Source: a virus. Taken from it: DNA of 64,000 nucleotides. The notes under the pieces were generated by a model, which worked only from the letters and a program-made list of their open reading frames with translations, searched no databases and was not told where the DNA came from. The position numbers and the translations under genes are program-made. Positions within the stretch are counted from its first letter, which is position 1. The number at the start of each line of letters is the position of its first letter. Shown here one piece after another: positions 10,127 to 20,429 of the stretch. The stretch spans positions 1-64,000 of IMG/VR virus record IMGVR_UViG_3300028399_000005. One strand, given 5' to 3'.

Positions 10127-10204
10127 GCGAGCAACGAGAGAGACAATATTAGTTGTGGCCTTTAACTATTTTTCGTCTCGTGGTGCTTCGCCCTCGTTGC
10201 TCGT
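10127..10204 (+). ncRNA. candidate structured small RNA
   Basis: Own class II box (10077) plus TATA; perfect 11-bp closing stem CGAGCAACGAG/CTCGTTGCTCG with inner stems; pyrimidine-rich downstream. Confidence 0.45.
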
Positions 10205-10360
10205 GCTCCCTCCCCCATCTATCATTCCCAAGTCCCTCGTCGTCGCCTTCTCCTTCCCCGCCTTTTCTCCTTTTTCCGTAAAAACCGCTCTTTTATGCGA
10301 TACATTAATAATATTCCGCAAAAAATATTCAAGCGCAAAACGAAGCAAAGGTAATGCCGT

Positions 10361-10762
10361 ATGAGTGGAAACGTAGTTGTAAAAATCGCTTTGAACCAAG
10401 ACGTCAGCCTTAGGGACGCCGACAATGACGTGTATGTTTTGAGGGCAGGGAAGTACCATGCAACCGACCCGCAAATCGCTCAATTATTGCTCACCAAGGT
10501 AGCGAGCGGGGTAAAGTTCGTAACAAAGCCCGCAGAAGCCGAGGAAGCAAAGAAATACCCGAAACTCGTCCTCGGCGACGGCAACAGATTGAAAGTCCTC
10601 GAATCCAGCCCGCAATTGCAAGCCGAGCTTGCCACAAGCCCCCAAGAAACACCCCCAAAAGAAGAAGCAACGGCGCCCCCAGGCCAGAGACAAACCCAAG
10701 AACAAGCACCCAACACCCAGCAAGTCGCCCCTACAGCCCCTTCCGAAGAGGCAAAAAAGTAG
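10361..10762 (+). CDS. hypothetical protein with Pro/Gln/Glu-rich tail (possible virion protein)
   Basis: 133-aa ORF with codon style like the capsid genes. Confidence 0.7.
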   Translation: MSGNVVVKIALNQDVSLRDADNDVYVLRAGKYHATDPQIAQLLLTKVASGVKFVTKPAEAEEAKKYPKLVLGDGNRLKVLESSPQLQAELATSPQETPPKEEATAPPGQRQTQEQAPNTQQVAPTAPSEEAKK

Positions 10763-10764
10763 AA

Positions 10765-10947
10765 GTGGCGATCAAGGGGATCGCCGAGAACCAAACGCTC
10801 GTTGTCTCGGAGCGAAAGCTTCTCGAGCAACAAGAACGGCTGATCCGCCGACAAGCGATCCTCGCGAACGAAATAATCGACCTAAAACGTCTCATCGACC
10901 AAGTGTCGAAAACGCTCGTCGAGCAACGGTCGACGAAAAAAGATTAG
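10765..10947 (+). CDS. small coiled-coil protein
   Basis: Starts 2 nt after previous stop; heptad pattern. Confidence 0.55.
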   Translation: MAIKGIAENQTLVVSERKLLEQQERLIRRQAILANEIIDLKRLIDQVSKTLVEQRSTKKD

Positions 10948-11025
10948 CGATTTCTTAGGCGTTTAAGAAAACAATTTTTAAGCTTTTTTCTCGAAGGAAC
11001 AATAGACATTCTACGGAGTGTTTCC

Positions 11026-11859
11026 ATGCAAGGAGAAGAAGACAATCTACAGCAAGCAAAAGATTCTCGTGCGCAACAATCGGACGAAATCCTCGAGCTC
11101 GCCCTCGACCAGATCCGTGGCGAGGACGGTGAGGACGAAAAAGAAATTGTGCTCTCGGGCGACGAGATCATCGAGAAGCTCTTCGACATCCAACAGACCA
11201 CGACCGACCAGTACATCATGGTCGTGCGGGAGCTCAAGCAAACCGTCGCCCTCATACGGGACTTCATCGAGAAAGCCGACACGAGCAACGAACGCCTGTT
11301 CGAGGTCATAAGCACCATGAAGGACGAGCTCAACACGAACGTCGTCAGAATCCTCGACTCGGTCGTGAACATGCTCTCGGAGCTCACGGTCTTGTCGGGG
11401 AGCATCTCGCAAAAAGTCGACGAGCTCGCTGGCACAAAAGACCTCGGCGCCCCCGACGAGGGCGACCCGCTATGGACGGTCGGGCAAAAAATGATCATCG
11501 ACGCCCTCGCAAAGATCCACTCGATCCTCAGCGGAAGGCCTGGGAGCGAGTTCGTCGAAGCGCTTAACGACTACGCGATCAAGACAGTCGGGAGCGGGCG
11601 GAAAGTCGACGAGCACTTCAACCGCTGGCAACAAGAGCGATTCTTTGCCGAGTTCGTGCTCGACGTTGCGAAGCGCTACAACTACCCCGACCAAGTCGTC
11701 CCGATCTTGCTCGCTTTCGTCGTCGCTTTCATCGCCTTGCGGACGAGGACACCGCTCTTCGCTTCGACGGGGCTTTCCGTGGCGATCGAGAAGTACATCG
11801 CTTCGAACGTTCGAATCGATAAAAAAGAAGAAGGGGAAAAGGCGGGAGAGGATCAGTAG
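11026..11859 (+). CDS. hypothetical helical protein with C-terminal hydrophobic segment
   Basis: 277-aa ORF with genome-typical codon use. Confidence 0.75.
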   Translation: MQGEEDNLQQAKDSRAQQSDEILELALDQIRGEDGEDEKEIVLSGDEIIEKLFDIQQTTTDQYIMVVRELKQTVALIRDFIEKADTSNERLFEVISTMKDELNTNVVRILDSVVNMLSELTVLSGSISQKVDELAGTKDLGAPDEGDPLWTVGQKMIIDALAKIHSILSGRPGSEFVEALNDYAIKTVGSGRKVDEHFNRWQQERFFAEFVLDVAKRYNYPDQVVPILLAFVVAFIALRTRTPLFASTGLSVAIEKYIASNVRIDKKEEGEKAGEDQ

Positions 11860-12044
11860 CGATTGTTGCACCACTCGCACGGGGCGTCCCCTATGCAGAG
11901 GCAACAATCAAGGCGCTCTTGGGAGCGCCAATATAACCGCCTGCACGAGTGCCCGCAAGCGTAGCATCTTTTGACCCGTCTGCGGTACCGCAACGGCTCA
12001 GAAAAGATATAGCTATACGATCCAGATAGCAAATCGGTCGTCAT
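11853..12044 (-). CDS. small Cys-rich protein (class I promoter)
   Basis: Leaderless ATG after class I promoter; CYAC, CCLC, CEWC. Confidence 0.55.
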   Translation of the reverse strand: MTTDLLSGSYSYIFSEPLRYRRRVKRCYACGHSCRRLYWRSQERLDCCLCIGDAPCEWCNNRY

Positions 12045-12117
12045 CAAGATATTATAGTATATTAGAATATTTAATTTTTGTGGTAAAAAATGTGGCGGGG
12101 AAGCGAGGCTGGGGGTG

Positions 12118-12390
12118 TTAGTGAGAGACGACTTCAACATATACCATGTCCCCGACCCCAGCGGGGGTTACGGGGAGCCATTCGATTATTGGCATGTTAA
12201 ATACTTGCAGGGCTTCTGCAAGCTTTTTCTTCGCCTCGTCGATTCTGTCGGGGCTGACCATGACCCCGACTTGGAGCCTCTCCGAATTAGGATCGGCTAA
12301 ATCTGTCCGTATGAGCACCGCATGAGCTGGTGCTCGGATGTATCGCATGAGAAATTTTTCAACACGTTGATAGGCGTATTCGTTTGTCAT
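12118..12390 (-). CDS. hypothetical protein (class I promoter)
   Basis: Leaderless ATG after class I promoter. Confidence 0.7.
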   Translation of the reverse strand: MTNEYAYQRVEKFLMRYIRAPAHAVLIRTDLADPNSERLQVGVMVSPDRIDEAKKKLAEALQVFNMPIIEWLPVTPAGVGDMVYVEVVSH

Positions 12391-12515
12391 CAATATAATA
12401 TACGTAAGGGTATTATATAAAGGTTGTGGTAAAGGTAAGAAGCGAAACGAAAATATGGACAGGCTTGCTAAAAAAGAAAAAAAGAAGAAGGAAGGCGGAG
12501 AAGGCGCTGGGCGCT

Positions 12516-12836
12516 TTACGCGACCCTTTCGAGAAGACCGAGGTCGTACCCGATCTCCTCGAGCTCCTCGACGGAGTTTATGACAACCCCTTCGGGGAGC
12601 CTTCTCTTGAGCTTGAAGACCAGGGCTTTGTCCCCAGTCTCCATGGCTATTTGGAGACGATTCGCTGGGACTTCGATGCCCAGCAACTTCGTGAGGGCTT
12701 CCGCCGTGGCAACATGCCCGACGGCGCTCTCAAACCCGCCCGCAAGGAGCTCACGGGCGTCTTCCACGCTTATGGGGGAGAACTTGTATTCTCCCCAAGC
12801 GGTGATGATCGGGGCGTTCAACACGTAGATCGTCAT
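12516..12836 (-). CDS. acrIII-1: DUF1874 / STIV B116-like protein, AcrIII-1 family cA4 ring nuclease (anti-CRISPR)
   Basis: IYVLNA, FESAVGHVATA (catalytic GH), ANR, GDKALVFKLKRRLPEG are family hallmarks; 106 aa. Confidence 0.85.
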   Translation of the reverse strand: MTIYVLNAPIITAWGEYKFSPISVEDARELLAGGFESAVGHVATAEALTKLLGIEVPANRLQIAMETGDKALVFKLKRRLPEGVVINSVEELEEIGYDLGLLERVA

Positions 12837-12937
12837 CAATACATATTATGTGATGATATTATATAAAGGTTGTGGTGCACGAATAGTAGTTATAACGGCG
12901 GGAATAGTTCAAAAACGAATCGGAGCAATCAAAGCAT

Positions 12938-13360
12938 ATGACGCGAGAAAAACCGTCAGCACTGAAAGGGGCGATCGTTGCATATTGCAACATTTGCCTG
13001 CACCCGCTAATGTTCTCGAGAAGGCTCACGAAGTTCTGCCATGCATGCGGGAACGTGATAGACGAATCAGATATTACCCTTGAAAAGCCTGTTTTTCAAC
13101 CGAAAACAGCGTTACCGCCATCAATACAAGAACTTTATGTAACCGATTTCGTCGCCACACTCGGGCATCTATTACGAATCGGTACTACGGGAATTCATCA
13201 TCTTGGTTTCAAGCTTTCAAGATACAAGCTCACGGAGATCAAGAAAATTAAATCAAAAGTGCGAAAGAACGACGCTGAGCTCGTCCTCAAGCTTGGTTTC
13301 ACGAACAAGGAGCTTCTAAAGGCTCAAAACGCCCTCAGCGTACTAACCATCACGGAGTGA
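12938..13360 (+). CDS. Zn-ribbon protein
   Basis: CNIC...CHAC; class II box at 12889. Confidence 0.7.
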   Translation: MTREKPSALKGAIVAYCNICLHPLMFSRRLTKFCHACGNVIDESDITLEKPVFQPKTALPPSIQELYVTDFVATLGHLLRIGTTGIHHLGFKLSRYKLTEIKKIKSKVRKNDAELVLKLGFTNKELLKAQNALSVLTITE

Positions 13361-13367
13361 TCAGTGA

Positions 13368-13883
13368 ATGGACGAGAGTATCGATCCAGAGGAACTGCTG
13401 TTCAATTTCTCAGATATGGATATAGACATGGCTCATCGTGTTGAAGACAACCCGTCAAAGTACGTCAAGTTAGTCTCGAAATTCTCCGTTGATTTCTTCA
13501 TTGACCCTAAGATGTGGGCCTTCCCGCTATCGATCGAGTTCAACTACGCAAAGCGCGACCGCGACGACGAGGCCGAGCGAAGAAAGCCGTACTACATGAC
13601 GTTCGTGCTCTACATCACGATCCTTTGTTTCACGCTACGCTTCTCCCTCGAACAAGAAGAAAAAATCGTCGGAGACCTCAAGTGGGCGGTCTATTTGATT
13701 CTCGACTTCTACTATCGCGACGCTCTTGACAGGCTTGAAAGAGCCGACATTATCGCCGAGATTGCGAGAAACTGGGACGTCTCATACATCAAGGTTGCGA
13801 ACGCTTTCAGTGAGCTCAAGTATCACATCGAAGTCATGCGGAGAATGGATAAAATAAGGTATCGGCGGAAAAATAGGATTTAG
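13368..13883 (+). CDS. hypothetical protein, possible C-terminal HTH
   Basis: 171-aa ORF; IIAEIARNWDVSYIKV. Confidence 0.65.
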   Translation: MDESIDPEELLFNFSDMDIDMAHRVEDNPSKYVKLVSKFSVDFFIDPKMWAFPLSIEFNYAKRDRDDEAERRKPYYMTFVLYITILCFTLRFSLEQEEKIVGDLKWAVYLILDFYYRDALDRLERADIIAEIARNWDVSYIKVANAFSELKYHIEVMRRMDKIRYRRKNRI

Positions 13884-13941
13884 TTTTTTACTCCCTTTCC
13901 TAAGAACTTTTTTAATTTTAAGGGCGGATTCTTTAACAAGC

Positions 13942-14637
13942 ATGAAAAAACTACGATCTATCGCCAAAAAAAGCAAGCAAAAAGACCCGCCCAGCCCGTT
14001 CGGGATCTTGGACGAAATTAGGGACGTAAAGAACCTCACGTTCGGCGACATCACGCGCCTCTTCTTCGAGCAGAACGTGCGCGAGCAAATCAAGATCTTC
14101 GGCGACCCAGAGTTCTTGAAATACCTCGTGATCTCGATCATCGTCTTGTACTTCAAGTCCGCCTGGGATGGTTTCGTGCAAGGAGACCTTCGAGCGGTCT
14201 TCGTCCTCGTCGTGCTTTTCGCCATCTACGTAGCCTTGCACGCGTTAAACCTCAAGGAAAAGCGATGGAAAGCGTCGCTCATGAAGTCGATCGTGAACTT
14301 CAAGTATTTCGTGGATCACGTCGACCCAGGGATTGCGAACCCCCACGAGAAAATGCAACACGCCGTGATCGCTCTCGCCGACGAGAACTCGCCCCTCGTG
14401 CGGGACTACGTGATCAAGCTCATTGCCACGTTCGGGCGGGAGCTCAAGGAAAACGTCGGCGACTTGAAGACCGAGCTCGACGAGACCGCCGAGATCGTGC
14501 GGGACATGAACGAGAAGATCCAAGACATCGTGTTGAACATCGACGTTGCTGACAGGGAGCTCGCCGAAAAGAGAGCGCAAACATTCGTCGACCTTGCGAA
14601 AAAAGAACTCGAAAAACGATTGTTTCCTAAGAGATAA
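13942..14637 (+). CDS. membrane protein (2 TM) with C-terminal coiled coil
   Basis: Two hydrophobic helices followed by a heptad-rich tail. Confidence 0.7.
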   Translation: MKKLRSIAKKSKQKDPPSPFGILDEIRDVKNLTFGDITRLFFEQNVREQIKIFGDPEFLKYLVISIIVLYFKSAWDGFVQGDLRAVFVLVVLFAIYVALHALNLKEKRWKASLMKSIVNFKYFVDHVDPGIANPHEKMQHAVIALADENSPLVRDYVIKLIATFGRELKENVGDLKTELDETAEIVRDMNEKIQDIVLNIDVADRELAEKRAQTFVDLAKKELEKRLFPKR

Positions 14638-14674
14638 TGAGAAAAAAAGAAGGGGGAGGAGGTCGTGGCGGGGA

Positions 14675-15079
14675 CTAAGAAGACGCCATGTCGATGACGC
14701 TCGACAAGACTTCGAGGTTGCATCGAACGGCGCGCTCGAGCCTCCAATGAAGAGGCTCGGAGTTGAGGATGTCGAGAAGCGATGCATAGATGATGCGTAG
14801 GCTCCTCGCGGAGAGGTTGTTGCGCCATTCGTCCATGCCTTCGACGTTGTAAAGAATGAAGTCGAAGGCGCTGTACATCCCCCCGTACATCATTCTCCCG
14901 TATGCGAGCATTTCGATTACTCGCACTGGGAGAAGTGCAAAGACTGCTGGGGGAATGTATAGGTAGATTCTGATTACTCTTTTTCCTCTCTCGTAAGCCA
15001 CGACGAACCCGATGTCGTGGCGATCTCCCGCCTCGCGGGAGAGATGATGATCGGGTAGATGCCTATCACAATATCTCAT
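14675..15079 (-). CDS. hypothetical protein (class I promoter)
   Basis: Class I promoter at ~15085-15126. Confidence 0.7.
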   Translation of the reverse strand: MRYCDRHLPDHHLSREAGDRHDIGFVVAYERGKRVIRIYLYIPPAVFALLPVRVIEMLAYGRMMYGGMYSAFDFILYNVEGMDEWRNNLSARSLRIIYASLLDILNSEPLHWRLERAVRCNLEVLSSVIDMASS

Positions 15080-15271
15080 ACTTCCTCAATATATTATAGG
15101 AAGTGGTAATATATAAAGGTTGTGATTTAGGTAAGAATAGTTGCGACGTCCGATTATCCGCGATCACGGCTTCGACGGGACGCCACGAGCGCCCTTAAAG
15201 TCGAAAAATTCGCCGAAAAACTGCGCAAAGTATATAAATGAACCCCCGCGCAAAAACAAAGTGAGACGCTT

Positions 15272-16576
15272 ATGAGCAGACTTCTACAGCAGAACCGTGC
15301 AAAGCCGAAGCCCACACAAAAACAGCTATTGGGAATTATCAAGCGTCTCGATACTTCAAAAATTAAATCCATTAAAGAGCTTCTACCGAAAAACCTCGAG
15401 GACGTCTACAAAGACCCCCTCGCACCACCGATCGACGAGCTCGACCCGAAAACAATGAGGCTCGTCCCAGGAATCGCTTCTCTCATGGTGCAAGACCGAG
15501 AAGGGGACATCATCGTCCCGAGAGCATTCGTCCGATCGCTACCGACGTACATGAAGAACCCCGTCTTACGCTACAACCACGAAAACGGGACAGTCATCGG
15601 GCGAGTCCTCTTCGCATGGGTCGATGACGACGGTCTCAACATCATCGCCGAGATCGCCCGTGGCGTGAACGAGGACGACCTTCCAGAGAAGATCTGGAAC
15701 CTAATCAAGCAACGTATGCTCCGAGCGTTCTCGATCATGGGCGCCGTAAACGACTACGAGTACCTCGAGGACTCCGAGTACGGGGGGTACCTCATCAAAG
15801 ACCTCGAACTCATGGAGATCTCGGTCGTGGACATCCCAGCGAACCAAGAAGCTCTTTTCAGTGTGCTCGAGCGAAGTATCGAACTCAAACGCAAAATGAG
15901 CAAAAAGAAAGGTGAGAAAATGACAAAAGTCGAAAAAGACGCAAGCGTCGAACCTACTCCCACTGAGCCTCAACAAGCGCCTGTCATCGAGGAACAAGTC
16001 ATCGAACAGGCGCAAGCCGAGGAAGCTCCCGTCGCTCAAGAGACGACCGAAATGCCACAAGACGCTCAACAAGAAAGCGAGGCACCCGTCGAGCTTTCAA
16101 GCGAGCAAGAACAAGCACTGCTCGCAAGCATCTTGTCGCAAGTCGTCGAGCAACAAGAGCGCCTCGTCGAGGAGAACAGGCAAACGCGGGAACAACTCGC
16201 CGAACTGCGGGAATTGCTTGCACAGCAACAAGCACAGCAAGCACAACCCCAGATCGCCGAGGTAAGCGCTTCCGCAAAGCCCGAAACAAAGAAAGAAACC
16301 GAAACAGAGCCCGAAGCGGTAAAAACACCGCAAACAGTCAAATCCCAGCTACTCGGAGAACTCGTCATCGTGTCAAAGAAAGAGCTACAGCAACTCGTCG
16401 AACAAGCCGTCGAGAAGCGCCTCGCAAACCTCAATATCGAGAAGAACGTTTCAACCGTCGTTCGGAAAGCCGTGGACTCTGGCGCAATCCAACACGAAAT
16501 CGTGCCGTCCCGTAGCGAAACAGAAGCCGTCGGGCTGTCCAAGGCAATAGAGCTCATGTTCACTCGCCGAGAGTGA
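15272..16576 (+). CDS. HK97-type prohead protease with acidic/Gln-rich scaffold-like C-terminus
   Basis: DREGDII, YNH...IG, AFSIMG, ELMEISVVDIPAN; directly upstream of the MCP. Confidence 0.92.
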   Translation: MSRLLQQNRAKPKPTQKQLLGIIKRLDTSKIKSIKELLPKNLEDVYKDPLAPPIDELDPKTMRLVPGIASLMVQDREGDIIVPRAFVRSLPTYMKNPVLRYNHENGTVIGRVLFAWVDDDGLNIIAEIARGVNEDDLPEKIWNLIKQRMLRAFSIMGAVNDYEYLEDSEYGGYLIKDLELMEISVVDIPANQEALFSVLERSIELKRKMSKKKGEKMTKVEKDASVEPTPTEPQQAPVIEEQVIEQAQAEEAPVAQETTEMPQDAQQESEAPVELSSEQEQALLASILSQVVEQQERLVEENRQTREQLAELRELLAQQQAQQAQPQIAEVSASAKPETKKETETEPEAVKTPQTVKSQLLGELVIVSKKELQQLVEQAVEKRLANLNIEKNVSTVVRKAVDSGAIQHEIVPSRSETEAVGLSKAIELMFTRRE

Positions 16577-16608
16577 GGAACACAACCAAAAAGGAGTGAG
16601 AAAGAAAA

Positions 16609-17787
16609 ATGGCTCAACCAACCCCGAAAACAATCAAAGAAAGCGCCCCAAAGTGGCAAAGAAGCATCTTCAAGGACTTGAACCTTGATTCGAACCAAGC
16701 CTACGCCTTCGCAAGCGAGTTTTGGCATGGCGTGCCCCCAGGCACCCCATGGTGGGGCGTCAAGAACGCAAAAATGGGCGCGGGGCTCGACCCCGAGAAC
16801 TTCCAACGAGAAGTCGTCGACGCTTTCGCCAAGAGGCTCGCCAAGTATGGTGAGGAGACACTGCGAAAAACGCTCACACTCACGGGTGCGACCGTTTTCG
16901 TGCCAACGATCATCGACCCAAAGGTCGTCGACATCTTGCGCCGTGAAACCCCGTTCACCGCATTCGTTCCAAAGTACACCACGTACACCACGACCTCGAA
17001 GGTGAACGTCCGCACTGGGCGAACCAGCCCAGCGTTCTACTCTGGCGACCAGACCGCCGAGTTCACACCATCACCATCAACCTACAAGGCCGTGGACATC
17101 GACGTCAAGTTCCTCTACAACCCCGACGCCGTCGTGCTCCCAGCAATCGCTGGTTCACAGCTTACAACCGATATTTACGCTCAAGAGATTCAAGCATCAT
17201 TCATCGACCTCATGCGAACCAAAGAAGAAGCCCAGCTCCGAGCTCGAAAAGCTTCGGGCACAGAGACGTGGGGCGGGTTCTTGACAGCCGACGCGAACGC
17301 ATGGGACGGTGTATTCAAAGCGCTCTTCAACTTTGACGCTTCCGAGAGCATGGATCACTACGTAGAACTACCCTCTGGTGCTTCCATTAGCATCTCCCAC
17401 ATGGAGCAGATCATCGAGAAAGTCGAAACCCAAGGCGCAATGGTCGACGCGTTCTTCTGCGACCTTGCGACCTTTAACCAGCTACGAGGACAAGCCCGCT
17501 TGCAACAGCGCCTGTCCCAAGGAGACCTCTCAATCGGTGCGCCACGAAGACGCTTCTTCTTCGACGATATCCCCGTCATCGCCACGACACAACTTCCCGT
17601 AACCTCTGGCCAGCGAGCATTGATCGGGCTAAGCCTCGAATCTGTGCGAAGCGACATCCTCATCCCAGAGACCTTGCGAGAAGTCGCCCAGAACATGAAG
17701 CCCGTCAAGGAGTTCTTCTGGATGGCTTACGAGGCGTTCACGCTCGTCTCTGGCTGGTGGTGCGCTGGGTTCGTCGGCGGAACATAA
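16609..17787 (+). CDS. major capsid protein (HK97 fold)
   Basis: 392 aa, follows protease with strong RBS; VPTIIDPKVVD and FDDIPVI patterns. Confidence 0.85.
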   Translation: MAQPTPKTIKESAPKWQRSIFKDLNLDSNQAYAFASEFWHGVPPGTPWWGVKNAKMGAGLDPENFQREVVDAFAKRLAKYGEETLRKTLTLTGATVFVPTIIDPKVVDILRRETPFTAFVPKYTTYTTTSKVNVRTGRTSPAFYSGDQTAEFTPSPSTYKAVDIDVKFLYNPDAVVLPAIAGSQLTTDIYAQEIQASFIDLMRTKEEAQLRARKASGTETWGGFLTADANAWDGVFKALFNFDASESMDHYVELPSGASISISHMEQIIEKVETQGAMVDAFFCDLATFNQLRGQARLQQRLSQGDLSIGAPRRRFFFDDIPVIATTQLPVTSGQRALIGLSLESVRSDILIPETLREVAQNMKPVKEFFWMAYEAFTLVSGWWCAGFVGGT

Positions 17788-17816
17788 GCGTAGGATCGTA
17801 GGAGCGTGATAACAAC

Positions 17817-18077
17817 ATGACAGAAGTCGAGATCCCTGGGCAACCCCTCGTCCGAATCTACACGGGGACGCTTGCCAGCGGGACAGTATCTTTCGAGACA
17901 ACGTTCAAGGAGATCTACGGCGCAGTTCCGTTCTTCAACACTGCTACACCGCCCGCCGAAGGGCTCGGAGTGCAAATCGCCGACGGTGCCGACGGCGTGA
18001 ACAAGAAAGTAACTATCACCTCGAGCAACGCAACTTCTACGGCGAACGTAGGGATCGTTGTCTTCGGAAGACACTAA
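17817..18077 (+). CDS. putative capsid decoration protein
   Basis: Small beta-rich ORF after the MCP, followed by a T-rich terminator. Confidence 0.55.
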   Translation: MTEVEIPGQPLVRIYTGTLASGTVSFETTFKEIYGAVPFFNTATPPAEGLGVQIADGADGVNKKVTITSSNATSTANVGIVVFGRH

Positions 18078-18145
18078 AAAACCCTAAAAAGCGCCACGAG
18101 GGATCGTAGCGCTAAAATTTCTTTTTTCTTCTTTTTCAAAAAAAA

Positions 18146-18775
18146 TCAGTGCGAGGAACAGCCGTACACGCTACGGTGCAAGTGATCGGCTTTTTCCCGC
18201 AACGAGTTGAGCTTCGAGTTCGAGACGAAGTAGTCGCTTTCAACGCGCTTTTTCTTGAAAGTCAAGAGGTCGCCTTCTTTTCCCGAAACGTAGAACAACG
18301 TGCGGAACGCTGGCTCGACGGACATGTAGATCGCCAAGTGGTCTTTGAGGGCGCTTACCGCCACGAAATCTGGGCCAAGCTTTCTAACAGCCCAAGAATG
18401 CGCCTCGGACAAATCGTCGAATTCATAAAACGAGTAAGGTCGAGGCATGACCACTACGGCGCCGTCAGTGCTCATGAAGAGCACTTTCGTCCCTTTCTCA
18501 ACGCATAACTGGCTGACAATACTTGCCAGCAACGAGTGCGATATACGCTTGTGAACGAAAATGTAAGGGAACGCGCTATGGGAAGCTTCTCTGACTACGT
18601 AGCCTTCCGCGAGAGTTTCTTGCGTCTTTGCAATGATCGTCTTGCGTGCCTCTGTGCTGTACCCAAACGTGCCCGTTACTTGAACGCCGTACCCGTTCCG
18701 CGCTTCTCCCGCCACGAGTGCGACGACCTCGGAAATGGGCAGTTGTTTCTCAATGCTTTCTTGTTCGCTTGTCAT
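18146..18775 (-). CDS. hypothetical protein
   Basis: 209-aa ORF; class II box at 18842. Confidence 0.7.
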   Translation of the reverse strand: MTSEQESIEKQLPISEVVALVAGEARNGYGVQVTGTFGYSTEARKTIIAKTQETLAEGYVVREASHSAFPYIFVHKRISHSLLASIVSQLCVEKGTKVLFMSTDGAVVVMPRPYSFYEFDDLSEAHSWAVRKLGPDFVAVSALKDHLAIYMSVEPAFRTLFYVSGKEGDLLTFKKKRVESDYFVSNSKLNSLREKADHLHRSVYGCSSH

Positions 18776-18843
18776 ATTTCATTCCTCAGTGGAAAAGTCT
18801 TGTGTAAAAAATAACGTTTGTATTATTAAACCGTTGTGGGGCG

Positions 18844-19620
18844 TTAGAACAAGTCGTCATTGAGGCGCTTCGTGTAGAGCATGTCCAAGAATCGCTGTCC
18901 GATCGCCGAGAAGTACTCCTTCGATTTCTCGAACAAGATCGGGCGCCGATCGAGCGTAGACGCGACAAACCCAGTCATGCCCGAGCCAGCGAAGGGGTCG
19001 AAAACAACGTCGCCAGGGTTCGAGCTCGTCAAGATCACGTCTTGAAGGATCTCTCGAGGCTTTTGTGTGGGGTGCAGTTTCTCGCTCGGCGGGTGCAAGA
19101 CCCAGTAGCCCTTGCACCGCTCATACGTGTAGTTGAACGTGGGCTTGCCCTTCTCGAAGTAGAGCAAGAACTCGATCGAGGAAAGCCATGCCCGCTTGAA
19201 GAACCGAGGGGTGGGGTTCGGTTTTATCCAGACGAGCACGTTCTTGAGGGAGAAGCCCGCCCGCTCGAACGCGTCGAACCACCATCCAGTCATGGTCTTG
19301 TTCACGAAAACATAGCAGGCGGTGTCTTGCTTCAAGATTCTGAAAAACTCCCTTGCAAGGAGCTCTATTTGCTCTTGCGTGATGCCGTCCCATTCCTTGA
19401 TCGCGTCGTGGTTATCCCGCAACGATCTCCAACGATCGACTTGTTGCGGGTCGTTGAAATTCACACCATAGGGCGGGTCTGTCAAAATGAGATCTATGCT
19501 TTCTGGCGGTAGTTTCTTGATCGCTTCGTAGGAATCCACGTTCGCTACAAAAGAATCGGCTTTCTTTGAGAAAAAGTCGCGAATGCTTTTTTCAAGTTCG
19601 TAGATGTCTTGTGGTTGCAC
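18844..19620 (-). CDS. DNA N4-C/N6-A methyltransferase (beta class)
   Basis: TDPPY ... HPTQKP ... VFDPFAGSG motif order. Confidence 0.93.
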   Translation of the reverse strand: MQPQDIYELEKSIRDFFSKKADSFVANVDSYEAIKKLPPESIDLILTDPPYGVNFNDPQQVDRWRSLRDNHDAIKEWDGITQEQIELLAREFFRILKQDTACYVFVNKTMTGWWFDAFERAGFSLKNVLVWIKPNPTPRFFKRAWLSSIEFLLYFEKGKPTFNYTYERCKGYWVLHPPSEKLHPTQKPREILQDVILTSSNPGDVVFDPFAGSGMTGFVASTLDRRPILFEKSKEYFSAIGQRFLDMLYTKRLNDDLF

Positions 19621-19671
19621 AAAGAAAAAATGGCGGGGAGAATTAAAAAGCGGTGCGACGCGTTATAACGA

Positions 19672-20013
19672 TCACTTCGAGGTGTAGAACTCCAAGAGCT
19701 TGGCGAACTCGAGCGACTCGTCGAATTCGTACATTGAGCTCAGCGCGTTTATGATGATGCGTCGAATTCGAAGGAAACGCTTGGAGCTGTCGATATGGGA
19801 CGATTTGGAGAATCTGCCGAGCTCGTCCCCTTCGGCATTTTTGAGCACAACAACGTAGTGTAGCTTGTTGTTGTACACCTCGATTTTCGCGAGCCCCTCT
19901 GGGAGGAACTCGCCGAGGGAGATCCCCTCGATTTTCTCTATGGCGCGGATGACGCGCTCATAGTCTTCAAGAAGTATAATGCTTATGAAATACCCTCTGC
20001 TTGCGGATATCAT
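19672..20013 (-). CDS. hypothetical protein (class I promoter)
   Basis: ATG at 20013 after a degenerate class I promoter. Confidence 0.6.
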   Translation of the reverse strand: MISASRGYFISIILLEDYERVIRAIEKIEGISLGEFLPEGLAKIEVYNNKLHYVVVLKNAEGDELGRFSKSSHIDSSKRFLRIRRIIINALSSMYEFDESLEFAKLLEFYTSK

Positions 20014-20066
20014 ATGTCTATTATACTCATTGTAATATTTAAACATTGTGTAATATTACGAAGGGA

Positions 20067-20429
20067 TTAGTCGAGTCCTCTCTTGAGCTCGACTTCGATC
20101 ATGCTTCTGATCCCTCGTCCGAGGAGCTTTCGAATGCGAGGATCGGACGCTTCTTTCCCGCGAGCGAACATGTGGCGCCCAGGCACCCAGCGACCACCAA
20201 CGGACATGTGCCCGTACTCGACGTAGGGTGCGTACTCGACGTTCGTGCCGACGAAGCCCTCAATATTGTTGTCCCGCGTTAGGATCGGCCCACGCTTTGT
20301 TATCGACGAACGCAGGCGACCCGTGTCGACGGGCGTTCTTATCACTATTTGGCGTTGTAGCTCTTCGAGAGCACTGTCGAACTGTCTTAATAATTCCCGC
20401 AAGAACCTTCTTTCGTCAAAAACGGTCAT
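20067..20429 (-). CDS. HK97 gp10-like neck/tail completion protein
   Basis: TPVDTGRLRSSI, VGTNVEYAPYVEYGH motifs. Confidence 0.88.
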   Translation of the reverse strand: MTVFDERRFLRELLRQFDSALEELQRQIVIRTPVDTGRLRSSITKRGPILTRDNNIEGFVGTNVEYAPYVEYGHMSVGGRWVPGRHMFARGKEASDPRIRKLLGRGIRSMIEVELKRGLD

